A DNA stretch of 54,105 nucleotides from Caecitellus pseudoparvulus. Its lineage: Eukaryota > Protista > Bigyra: Bicosoecida. Location: the NCBI GenBank assembly GCA_965644315.1, contig CBFFRQ010000022.1, forward strand, positions 1 to 54,105, given 5' to 3'. This document shows, piece by piece, positions 33,337 to 43,101 of this stretch (position 1 is the stretch's first letter; every line of letters begins with the position of its first letter). Under the pieces are notes generated by a model. The model was not told the origin of the DNA, did not search any database, and saw only the letters and a list, made by a program, of their open reading frames with translations. The translations under genes were made by a program, and so were the position numbers.

Positions 33337-36255
33337 ATGGTGCGTGGGTGTAGGCATGGTGCCTCGCTTTCGCCAGCACTTGCGACAGAGCATGTCGCAC
33401 ACACACCACAGCACACAGCGCCCTGCCCGTCCCCCACGCCTCAGGCAGCAGCAACAGGACAAGTCATGGAGCGCAGTGCACCACCCACTACAGGCACCGA
33501 CGACACGCAGGCTGAGGTGGTGGCGGCATGCTTGCGCAAGGTGAAGTGCTTGCCGGGAGGAGTCATGGACCACGGTCCAGCACTGCGAGGACTGGCAGCC
33601 ATTGGGCGTGGCGAAGCGCCGGCTGCAGGCGACGCCCCATCGGCCATGAGCCTGGTGGAGCTGGAGGCTGCACTGCGTGACGCGGGGAGTGCGCTGTTGG
33701 AGCAGGCTGGGCTGTTGGCGGGGCAGCATGAGCGAGGTGGTGTATGTGCTGCGCTGCAGTACCTGTCATTTCGGTGCTTCTGCGCGGTGGATGTGCTGCA
33801 CCAAGCGGCGAGCGGTGTGAGTAACGATGCAGTGCCGGAGGGTGAGGCACTGTGGGGCGCCATTGTGGGTGCTTGGGGCAGTGTGCGGAGCGGTGTGAAT
33901 GTGGAGGGTGCGCTGGCTGACCTGACGCGATGGTGGCAAGGCTTCAAGGTGACGGGTGTGGATGTGGCTGGTCAGGGTGGCCCCGTCACACATGATGCTG
34001 GTGGCGAGGCAGCGATGGATGCGGCTCTGGCTGGCATGCGTCAGCAGGCTGGTTGGCTGCGAGGCGAGGCGGCAGGTGAGCTGAGGAGTGAGAGTGCTGC
34101 GGAGCACTTGGAGAGTGCAGCGAGCGCAGTGGAGGAGTTGCGTGGGCTGTTGGGGTGTGCGCCGGTGATGAGTGGTCGGAAGGTGAAGGTTGTGGGTGGG
34201 TTGGACTTGTCGGGCGGCTTGGAGTGCCTGAACGGCAAGGAAGTGAGTGTGTACAGTGGGCGGGTTGAGATCGTGGATGAGGATGTGGGTGGAGCTGGGG
34301 ATGTGGAGCAGTGGGCAGCGAGTGTGGAGGCGGGTGCAAGCGCACTTGCCACGAGTGTTGGCGCCGTGAAGCGTGGCGAAGCGGCTCGCATCGCCCATGG
34401 ACTGCCTCGGATGGCGCAGACTCCACGCAGAGCAGCACTAGCACACAGCAGTACAGCAGGCCGAGCTGATGAGCCACTCGGTCAGAGGAGCATGGTGACG
34501 GTGCAGGCGCAGTGTGAGGCGGGGTGGCCGTTGAGGGTGTTCCTGGAGGACGAAGGGTGGGGCGATGTTGGGCTGGATGTGAAGCAGCGCGTGGCTGTGA
34601 GGATGTTGGGTGTGTGTGCTGTGGCGGAGGCGTGTGGAGTGAGTCTGAGTGGTGTGGGTGTGGGGAGCTTTGTGGTGGTGGGTGTGGGGAGTGGCAGTGT
34701 TGGTGATCTGGTGGGGTCACTGGATGGGGGTGGGTGTGAGGTGGTGTTGAGTGCATGTGGCGGTGTGTGGGACACAGGTGGCTCTGATGGCGGCTGCCGT
34801 GGTGGTGAGGGTGATGGTGTGTTGAGTGTGCTGCGTGAGGTGCTTGATGTGGGAGGTGGTGCGTTGGGTTGCGGATCGGGCGCTGTGTCAAGCTTTGTGG
34901 GGAGCAGTGAAGGTGGTGAACATGCATTGACGAGCGCGTTGGAGGTGTTGGCGCGGGGAGGGAGTGGTTGCTGCATGGGTGCATATGCGATGGCGTGTGA
35001 GGGAAGTGGGGGTGGACTGGGTCACCTGGAAGGTGTGGAAAGTGAAGTGCGGGGTGTGCTTGATCGGGAGCAGGCAGGTGGTGCGGCAGGTCAGGCGGAG
35101 ACAGCTGACGCAGAGGCTGTACCGGCTACAGAGTCGAATATAGCTGCCGAGCAAGTGAAGTTCAGCGAGGAGAACACCACAGCGTTTGTGGAAGCGTGCA
35201 AGGAGGGTGAGCTTGCGAGAGTGCGCGAGTTGCTGTCATTGACGGGGGATGAGGCAGTGAATGTGCATGTGGAAGGAAATGTTGAGCTCCGGCCAGGGGT
35301 TTGCAGACAGGGCCCTGAGGCCGCTTTCCGAGTGGCATGCTACAATGGCCACACAGACATCGTGCGTGAGCTGCTGGGCCTCACTGGGGCGCGGGAGGTG
35401 GATGTACACGCGGCGGATGAGGATGGACCTGAGGCCGCCTTCCGATGGGCATGCCGCATGGGCCGCACAGATGTCGTGCGTGAGATGCTGGGCCTGACTG
35501 GGGCGCGGGAAGTGGATGTGCACGCGGCGGATGAGGGTGGACGTGAGGCTGGCTTCCGATGGGCATGCTACAATGGCCACACAGATGTCGTGCGTGAGCT
35601 GCTGGGCCTGACTGGGGCGTGGGAAGTGGATGTACACGCGGCGCCATGGGGTAGAGCTGAGGCCGCCTTCCGATATGCATGCCGCTATGGCCGCACAGAC
35701 ATCGTGCGTGAGCTGCTGGGCCTGACTGGGGCGCGGGCAGTGGATGTGCACGCGGCGGATGGGGATGGACCTGAGGCCGCCTTCCGATGGGCATGCCGCT
35801 GGGGCCACACAAACATCGTGCGTGAGCTGCTGGGCCTGACTGGGGCGCGGGAGGTGGATGTGCATGCGGCGGCTTGGGGTGGACCTGAGGCAGCCTTCCG
35901 AGGCGCATGCGAGAATGGCCACACAGACATCGTGCGTGAGCTGCTGGGCCTCACTGGGGCGCGGGAGGTGGATGTACACGCGGCGGATGAGGATGGACCT
36001 GAGGCCGCCTTCCGATGGGCATGCCGCATGGGCCGCACAGATGTCGTGCGTGAGCTGCTGGGCCTCACTGGGGCGCGGGAAGTGGATGTGCACGCGGCGG
36101 ATGGGGATGGACCTGAGGCCGCCTTCCGATGGGCATGCACCGAGGGCCACACAGACATCGTGCGTGAGCTGCTGGGCCTGACGGGGCACCGCAGGATCCC
36201 AGACAGCGTGCGACAGGAAGCCACCAAGTTTTCGAGCTTGAAGGAGTTGATTTGA
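33337..36255 (+). CDS. Helical domain + pseudokinase-like + ankyrin-repeat protein, copy 1 (8 repeats)
   Basis: 972-codon ORF with a probable in-frame intron right after the ATG (33340-33444, GTGCGT..CCTCAG). It has an ANK cap and eight 38-aa repeats GPEAAFRxACxxGHTDIVRELLGLTGAREVDVHAAxxx (the last truncated by the C-cap). Confidence 0.92.
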   Translation: MVRGCRHGASLSPALATEHVAHTPQHTAPCPSPTPQAAATGQVMERSAPPTTGTDDTQAEVVAACLRKVKCLPGGVMDHGPALRGLAAIGRGEAPAAGDAPSAMSLVELEAALRDAGSALLEQAGLLAGQHERGGVCAALQYLSFRCFCAVDVLHQAASGVSNDAVPEGEALWGAIVGAWGSVRSGVNVEGALADLTRWWQGFKVTGVDVAGQGGPVTHDAGGEAAMDAALAGMRQQAGWLRGEAAGELRSESAAEHLESAASAVEELRGLLGCAPVMSGRKVKVVGGLDLSGGLECLNGKEVSVYSGRVEIVDEDVGGAGDVEQWAASVEAGASALATSVGAVKRGEAARIAHGLPRMAQTPRRAALAHSSTAGRADEPLGQRSMVTVQAQCEAGWPLRVFLEDEGWGDVGLDVKQRVAVRMLGVCAVAEACGVSLSGVGVGSFVVVGVGSGSVGDLVGSLDGGGCEVVLSACGGVWDTGGSDGGCRGGEGDGVLSVLREVLDVGGGALGCGSGAVSSFVGSSEGGEHALTSALEVLARGGSGCCMGAYAMACEGSGGGLGHLEGVESEVRGVLDREQAGGAAGQAETADAEAVPATESNIAAEQVKFSEENTTAFVEACKEGELARVRELLSLTGDEAVNVHVEGNVELRPGVCRQGPEAAFRVACYNGHTDIVRELLGLTGAREVDVHAADEDGPEAAFRWACRMGRTDVVREMLGLTGAREVDVHAADEGGREAGFRWACYNGHTDVVRELLGLTGAWEVDVHAAPWGRAEAAFRYACRYGRTDIVRELLGLTGARAVDVHAADGDGPEAAFRWACRWGHTNIVRELLGLTGAREVDVHAAAWGGPEAAFRGACENGHTDIVRELLGLTGAREVDVHAADEDGPEAAFRWACRMGRTDVVRELLGLTGAREVDVHAADGDGPEAAFRWACTEGHTDIVRELLGLTGHRRIPDSVRQEATKFSSLKELI
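35311..36190 (+). repeat. 114-bp coding tandem repeat (ankyrin), 8 copies
   Basis: Period of 114 bp (ggccctgagg at 35311, ggacctgagg at 35425, and so on). Confidence 0.95.
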
Positions 36256-36397
36256 TCCCAAGCTTCAAACACAGACCAATGCACCATGTGACAAACCTGG
36301 CACGCACCTCAGACCAGCACACCTGCCCCACCTCCACCTCTGCCCATACCGCACCACATTCCACCGCACCACAATCCACCCCACACACCACACCGCA

Positions 36398-37420
36398 TCA
36401 CACCTCATCACCATTCCCACGCACCCCACCCCCCCCCTCACCTTCACTGCACTCCCCTCCGCACCGCACCAACGCCTCCCACACCCGCTTCCTGCCCTTC
36501 CCACCACCGCCTCGCAGCACCTTCAGCTTGTCCATGCGCATCGCCACGTGGCGCTTCTTCGCCTGCGCCTTCCGGCTCAGACACCCTGCAGCTGCTGCCG
36601 GCTTTACCACCGCCCCCTGCGCCACCTGCTTCGCCCGCCGCTCCTTCGCCGCCGCCCTGGCCCGCCACTCGCCGTTGTACACCGTCAGGAACACATCTGC
36701 ACCCATGGCAGCCTGCACACCCTCCATGACCTCCGACGCCAAGCCACCTGCCTCCGACGCAGCGGCCACCTGCTTTGCCTGCTCTGACCAGGATGGCGCG
36801 TCGGCCAGGCGGGGGTCGCTGGCCACGTGCTCTGCCGCCTGCACAGTGCGGAACACTGCCCGTGCCACCAGCACCACGTACCGCTGCAGGTCTGCCTGTG
36901 GCAAGTGCCCAGCCATGGCCCCGAACACGTTCAGCGCCGCTGTAGCTGGCGGCCCGCCCTTGTGCACTGCCGTGTTGCTGAGGCGCTGCAGCAGCCAGAA
37001 CAGCGGGTCCCGCGCACCGCCGCCGTCGTCGTCATGGGCGGTGTGTGTGGAGGGCGAGCTGTCACGCTGCACCGCCTTGCCGCCCACCACCTCCACGCCA
37101 CCCACGAGCAGGGTGAACTTGCCAGCCAAGCGAGTCGTGCGCTGGGCGAGGTAGGGCGGGATGGTGTTGCGGGAGCTGGGCGGCGTCGTGGCGTACAGCC
37201 CCACCGCCGTGAACAGCAACACCGGCGCCAGAGCCGTGCCCTGCTCCCTGCTCAGCGCCCCGTCCGCCAGCTGCACACAGGCTGCCCGGGCCAGGGCGAA
37301 CAGGCGCTCATACCCAGCCAGCCACGCCGCCACGCCAGGCGGTGGGGGGCAGCTCCCCACGCTCGCCACTGCCACGGTGTTCAGGACGGCGCCCAGCCAC
37401 CTGGCTGCCGGCTCCCGTAC
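36398..37420 (-). pseudogene. UTP20: UTP20 C-terminal fragment, copy 1
   Basis: LFWLLQRLS..ALNVFGAMA..LASEVME..GADVFLTVY..RAAAKERRAKQ..AVVKPAAAA..KAQAKKR parallels the UTP20 C-terminus (LLWLIQKLS..IFKFLGAVA..LSQEIIE..RALRKKRKA..VTNPDIAA). It is truncated at the array junction. Confidence 0.75.
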
Positions 37421-37845
37421 CTGCCACTCTCGCCGTCGCGGTTGAACACGACGATGCTGTCTCCAGCCGCCCCTGCCACGCGCTTGCCCTGCGAAAGTCG
37501 CCGTGGAAGGTGCAAAAGTGGTTGCCACGTCGGCTGCGCCGGCACGCACGTCCTCCGACACTGCCACGTGCGTGATGAAGGTGCTGCCCGAGAGGAAGGC
37601 AGTGCCTTTCGCCAGCTCCACTTTGTTGGTGCCAGTGTTCTCCACGTGCACCATGGTCTGTGGAGCACAGCAGCGGCGGTTGCGGAATTTGCACGCCTCT
37701 CGCAGCCGTCGAATGCCCGCCTGCGCACCAGGGCATTCTCAATGCCAGTCTTGGAGCTGCCACCGCCTGAAACAGCCAGAGTTCCACCTGCGAGGGGCAC
37801 CAGCTGGAAGACTGGTGCCCCCATGGAGGCGCTGGACAGCACCAT
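37418..37845 (-). pseudogene. SEC12: SEC12 5' fragment (exons 1-3), copy 2
   Basis: Near-identical to 27755-28182 and truncated at the junction. Confidence 0.9.
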
Positions 37846-38462
37846 GGCTTTGTTGTGGCTTGGGACAGAGCAGTCGCCACCACGCCAATGAATATCGTGT
37901 GGGCAAGGAAGGGTGACGGAGCCACACTGCCAGACACGACAAGGCCGCAACCCTTACACACATGTGGGGGCACAGCAGAGCGGGCGGTTTTGCCCCGCCC
38001 AGTGCCGTGCACGGACAGCGCTGCTCGGAGCGCACGAGTCGACCCCCTCCATCGCACTCCGCGCCTTGACGCAGCTCCCGTCAGCACTCGAACGGGGATC
38101 TTGCGGATGTCCAGATAGCTTGTTCCGCACCTCTCTTGCTGAGATGATGCGCACCGCATCGAGCGGAGCGGGGCACCCTTCACATGTCTTGCACCAAATT
38201 GCTCCTCATCCATTTCCCACTCTCACTTGTGGGTTCATTGGGCATCCGGACATCAGCGTGTCTTCTGCCTTGTCTCCAGTCTTGGCCGCCCTGTTCGCCA
38301 CAGGTGAGCGTGCACTGGTGCAAGTGCGGAAGTTGCTCCCTCGCACGTCAGCTGCGACAGCGCCTCCCCACGGCACCAACACACGCGTCCACTGCCATCA
38401 CCCCGCAGGAGTCGGCTTTACAGCACAGCTGCGCCTGACTAGACCCCCTGCCGTCCATTGCC

Positions 38463-40919
38463 ATGGTGCGTGGGTGTAGCCATGGTGCCTCGCTTTCGCC
38501 AGCACTTGCGACAAAGCGTGTCGCACACACACCACAGCACACAGCGCCCTGCCCCTCCCCCACGCCTCAGGCAGCAGCAACAAGTCAAGCCACGGAGGGC
38601 AGTACAGCGCCCACTGCAGGCATCGACGACGCACAGGCTGAGGTGGTGGCGGCATGCTTGCGCAAGATGAAGTGCTTGCCGGGCAGCGTCATGGACCACG
38701 GCCCAGCACTGCGAGGACTGGCAGCCATTGGGCGTGGCGAAGCGCCGGCTGCAGGCGACGCCCCATCGGCCATGAGCCTGGTGGATCTGGAGGCTGCACT
38801 GCGTGATGCGGGGAGTGCGCTGTTGGAGCAGGCTGGGCTGTTGGCGGGGCAGCGTGAGCGAGGTGATGTGTGTGCTGCGCTGCAGTACCTGTCGTTCCGG
38901 TGCTTCTGCGCGGTGGATGTGCTTCATCAAGCGGCATCTGGTGTGAGTGCCGATGCGGTGCCGGAGGGCGACGCACTGTGGGGCGCCATTGTGGGTGCTT
39001 GGGGCAATGTACGGGCCGGTGTGAACGTGGAGGGTGCGCTGGCTGATCTGACACGATGGTGGCAAGGCTTCGAGGGGGGGGATGTGTATGTGGCTGGTGA
39101 GGGAGGCTCTTTCACACACGATGCCGGTGGCGAGGCAGCGGTGGAGGCGGCTCTGGCTGGCATGCGGCAGCAGGCTGGTTGGCTGCGAGGCGAGGCTGCA
39201 GGCGAATTGAGGAGTGAGAGTGCTGCGAAGCACTTGGAGTGTGCTGCAAGTGCAGTGGAGGAGCTGCGTGGGCTGTTGGGGTGTGGCCCAGTGATGAGTG
39301 GTCGGAAGGTGAAGGCTGTGCGCGGGTTGGACTTGTCGGGCGGCTTGGAGTGTCTGAATGGCAAGGATGTGAGTGTGTACAGTGGACGGGTTGAGATCGT
39401 GGATGAGGATGTTGGAGGAGCTGGGGATGTGGAGCAGTGGGCAGCGAGTGTGGAGGCGGGTGCGAGGGCGCTTGCCACGAGTGTTGGCGCCGTGAAGCGT
39501 GGCGAAGCGGCTCGCATCGCGCATGGCCTGCCGCGGATGGCGCAGACTCCACGCAGAGCAGCACTAGCACACAGCAGTACAGCAGGCAGGGCTGATGAGC
39601 CACTCGGTCAGAGGAGCATGGTGACGGTGCAGGTGCAGTGTGAGGCGGGGTGGCCGCTGAGGGTGTTCCTGGAGGATGAAGCGTGGGGCGATGTTGGGCT
39701 GGAGGTGAAGCAGCGCGTGGCTGTGAGGGTGCTGGGTGTGTGTGCTGTGGCGGAGGCATGTGGGGTGGATGTGAGTGGCGTGTGTGTGGGGAGCTTCGTG
39801 GTGGTGGGTGTGGAGAGTGGGAGTGTGGGTGATCTGGTGGGCGCACTGGATGGGGGTGGGTGTGAGGTGGTGTTGAGTGCATGTGGCAGTGTGTGGGGCA
39901 CAGGTCGCCTTGATGGTGTCAGAGGTGATGGTGGTGGTGTGTTGGGTGTGCTGCGTGAGGTGCTTGGCGTGGGAGGTGGTGCGTTGGGTGGCGGACCGGG
40001 CGTTGGATCAAGCTTCGTTGACAGCGGTGAAGGTGGTGAGCATGCACTGACAAGCGCGTTGGAGGTGTTGGGGCGGGGAGGGAGTGGTTGCTGCATGGGT
40101 GCATATGCGATGGCGTGTGAAGGAAGTGGAGGTGGAGTGGGTCATCTGGAAGGTGTGGAAAGTGCTGTGCGGAGTGTGCTTGATGGTGAGCAGGCAGCTG
40201 GTGCGGCGGGTCAGGCGCATACAGCTGACGCTGAGGCTGTACCGGCTACAGAGTCGGAGATTGCTGCCGAGCAAGTGAAGTTCAGCGAGGAGAACACCAC
40301 AGCGTTTGTGGAAGCGTGCAAGGATGGGGAACTTGCGAGAGTGCGCGAGTTGCTTGCATTGACGGGGGATGAGGCAGTGAATGTACATGCGGAAGGAAGT
40401 GTTGAGGTCTTGCCTGGGTTTCACAAACAGGGCCCTGAGGCCGCTTTCCGAGCGGCATGCCGCAATGGCCACACAGACATCGTGCGTGAGCTGCTGGGCC
40501 TCACTGGGGCGCGGGAGGTGGATGTGCATGCGGCGGATGGGGGTGGGCCTGAGGCCGCCTTCCGAGGCGCATGCCGCTATGGCCGCACAGACATCGTGCG
40601 TGAGCTGTTGGACCTGACTGGGGCACGGGCAGTGAATGTGCACGCGGCGGATGGGGCTGGACCTGAGGCCGCCTTCCGACTGGCATGCCGCTGGGGCTAC
40701 ACAGACATCTTGCGTGAGCTGCTGGCCCTCACTGGGGCGCGGGCAGTGGATGTGCACGCAGCGGATAAGCATGGCCCCGAGGCTGCCTTCCGATGGGCAT
40801 GCCGTGAAGGCTACACAGACATCGTGTGTGAGCTGCTGGGGCTGACTGGGCATCGCAGGATCCCAGACAGCGTGCGACAGGAAGCCACCAAGTTTTCGAG
40901 CTTGAAGGAGTTGATTTGA
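38463..40919 (+). CDS. Helical domain + pseudokinase-like + ankyrin-repeat protein, copy 2 (4 repeats)
   Basis: Paralog of 33337..36255; 114-bp repeats start at 40431. Confidence 0.92.
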   Translation: MVRGCSHGASLSPALATKRVAHTPQHTAPCPSPTPQAAATSQATEGSTAPTAGIDDAQAEVVAACLRKMKCLPGSVMDHGPALRGLAAIGRGEAPAAGDAPSAMSLVDLEAALRDAGSALLEQAGLLAGQRERGDVCAALQYLSFRCFCAVDVLHQAASGVSADAVPEGDALWGAIVGAWGNVRAGVNVEGALADLTRWWQGFEGGDVYVAGEGGSFTHDAGGEAAVEAALAGMRQQAGWLRGEAAGELRSESAAKHLECAASAVEELRGLLGCGPVMSGRKVKAVRGLDLSGGLECLNGKDVSVYSGRVEIVDEDVGGAGDVEQWAASVEAGARALATSVGAVKRGEAARIAHGLPRMAQTPRRAALAHSSTAGRADEPLGQRSMVTVQVQCEAGWPLRVFLEDEAWGDVGLEVKQRVAVRVLGVCAVAEACGVDVSGVCVGSFVVVGVESGSVGDLVGALDGGGCEVVLSACGSVWGTGRLDGVRGDGGGVLGVLREVLGVGGGALGGGPGVGSSFVDSGEGGEHALTSALEVLGRGGSGCCMGAYAMACEGSGGGVGHLEGVESAVRSVLDGEQAAGAAGQAHTADAEAVPATESEIAAEQVKFSEENTTAFVEACKDGELARVRELLALTGDEAVNVHAEGSVEVLPGFHKQGPEAAFRAACRNGHTDIVRELLGLTGAREVDVHAADGGGPEAAFRGACRYGRTDIVRELLDLTGARAVNVHAADGAGPEAAFRLACRWGYTDILRELLALTGARAVDVHAADKHGPEAAFRWACREGYTDIVCELLGLTGHRRIPDSVRQEATKFSSLKELI

Positions 40920-41092
40920 TCTCAAGCTTCAAGCACAGACCAATGCACCATTTCCCATTACCTGACGCATGCCTCAGACCAGCACACCTGCCCCACCTCC
41001 ACCTCTGCCCATACCGCACCACAATCCACCGCACACACCACACCGCATCACACCTCATCACCATCCCCACGCACCCCAACCCCCCCTCACCT

Positions 41093-42067
41093 TCACTGCA
41101 CTCCCCTCCGCACCGCACCAACGCCTCCCACACCCGCTTCCTGCACTTCCCACCACCGCCTACGCACCACCTTCAGCTTGTCCATGCGCATCACAACGTG
41201 GTGCTTATTCGCCTGTGCCTTCCGACTCCGACACCCTGCTGCTGCTGCCGGGTTCACCACCGCCTCCTGCGCCACCTGCTTCGCCCGCCGCTCCTTCGCC
41301 GCTGCCCTGGCTCGTCGCTCGCCGTTGTACGCCGTCAGGAACACATCTGCGCCCACGGGGCCCTGCACCGCCTCCATGACCTCCGACGCCAAGGCACCTG
41401 CCTCCGCCGCAGCGGCCGCCTGCTGGCCTTGCTCTGACCAGGATGGCGCATCGGCCAGGCGGGGGTCGCTGGCCACGTGCTCTGCCGCCTGCACAGTGCA
41501 GAACACTGCCCGTGCCACCGGCACCACGTAGCGCTGCAGGTTCGCCTGCGTCAAGTGCCCAGCCATGGCCCCGAACACGTTCAGCGCCGCTGTAGCTGGC
41601 GGCCCGCCCTTGTGCACTGCCGTGTTGCTGAGGCGCTGCAGCAGCCAGAACAGCAGGTCCCGCGCACTGCCGTCGTTGTCGTGGGCGGTGTGTGTGGAGG
41701 GCGAGCTGTTTCGCTGCACCGCCTTGCTGCCCACCACCTCCACGCCACCCACGAGCAGGGTGCACTTGCCGGCCAAGCGAGCAGTGCGCTGGGCGAGGTG
41801 GGGCGGGATGGTGTTTCGGGAGCTGGGCGGCGTCGTGGCGTGCAGCCCCACCGCCGTGAACAGCAGCACCGACGCCAAAGCCGTGCCGTGCTCCCTGCTC
41901 AGCGTCCCGTCCGTCAGCTGCACACAGGCTGCCCCGGTCAGGGCGAACAGGCGCTCATCCCCAGCCAGCCACGCCGCCACGCCAGGCGGTGGGGGGCAGC
42001 TCCCCACGCTCGCCACTGCCACGGTGTTCAGGACGGCGCCCAGCCACCTGGCTGCCGGCTCCCGTAC
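41093..42067 (-). pseudogene. UTP20: UTP20 C-terminal fragment, copy 2
   Basis: Paralog of 36398..37420 with a frameshifted tail (RRRWWEVQ instead of RGGGGKGRK). Confidence 0.75.
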
Positions 42068-42492
42068 CTGCCACTGTCGCCGTCGCGGGTGAACACGACG
42101 ATGCTGTCTCCAGCCGCCCCTGCCACGCGCTTGCCCTGCGAAAGTCGCCGAGGGAGGTGCAAAAGTGGTTGCCACGTCGGCTGCGCCGGCACGCACGTCC
42201 TCCGACACTGCCACGTGCGTGATGAAGGTGCTGCCCGAGAGGAAGGCAGTGCCTTTCGCCAGCTCCACTTTGTTGGCGCCGGTGTTCTCCACGTGCACCA
42301 TGGTCTGGGGAGCACAGCAGCGGCGGTTGCGGAATTTGCACGCCTCTCGCAGCCGTCGAATGCCCGCCTGCGCACCAGAGCATTCTCAATGCCAGTCTTG
42401 GAGCTGCCACCGCCTGAAACAGCCAGAGTACCACCTGCAAGGGGCACCAGCTGGAAGACGGGTGCCCCCATGGAGGCGCTGGACAGCGCCAT
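42065..42492 (-). pseudogene. SEC12: SEC12 5' fragment, copy 3
   Basis: MALSSASMGAPVFQLVPLAGGTLAVSGGGSSKTGIENAL, truncated at the junction. Confidence 0.9.
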
Positions 42493-43101
42493 GGCTTTGT
42501 TGTGGCTTGGGACAGAGCAATCGCCACCACGCCAATGAATATCGTGTGGGCAAGGAAGGGTGACGGAGCCGCACTGCCAGACACAACAAGGCCGCAGCCC
42601 TTACACGCAAAGTGCGGGCACAGCAAAGCGGGCGGTTTTGCCCCGCCCAGTGCCGTGTATGGACAGCGCTGCTCGGAGCACACGAGTCGACCCCCTCCAT
42701 CGCACTCCGCGCCTTGGCGCAGCTCCCGTCAGCACTCGAACGGGGATCTTGCGGGTGTCCAGATAGCTTGTTCCGCACCTTTCCTGCTGAGATGATGGGC
42801 ACCGCATCGAGCGGAGCGGGACACCCTTCACATGTCTTGCACCAAATTGCTCCTCATCCATTTCCCACTCTCACTTGTGGGTTCATTGGGCATCCGGAAA
42901 TCAGCGTGCATTGTGCCTTGTCTCCACTTCTGGCTGACACAGGTGAGCGTGCACTGGTGCAAGTGCGGAAGTTGCTCCCTCACAAGTCAAGCACGACAGC
43001 GCCTTCCCACCACACCACTGCAACTGTCCACTGCCATCACCCCGCAGGAGTCGGCTTTACAGCACAGCTACGCCTGACTAGACCCCCTACCGTCCATCGC
43101 C

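Noticed and set aside
35311-36190. 114-bp repeats with short variable patches as a CRISPR-like array
   Set aside because: The repeats are in-frame ankyrin codons with no unique spacers, there are no cas genes, and the context is eukaryotic.
36300-36480. CAC-rich tract as a telomeric or satellite repeat
   Set aside because: It has no fixed period; it is low-complexity sequence between convergent gene ends, repeated only as part of the array unit.
36398-37654. 418-aa and 402-aa SEC12-UTP20 chimeric ORFs as functional new genes
   Set aside because: The frame is continuous only if SEC12 intron 2 is retained and exon 3 is read off-frame. The tails are frameshifted between copies, and the last unit is split by the Ngaro.
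38585-38600. ATG-to-ACG change as loss of the start codon in ankyrin copy 2
   Set aside because: The conserved start is the upstream gccATG at 38463, present in all four copies.
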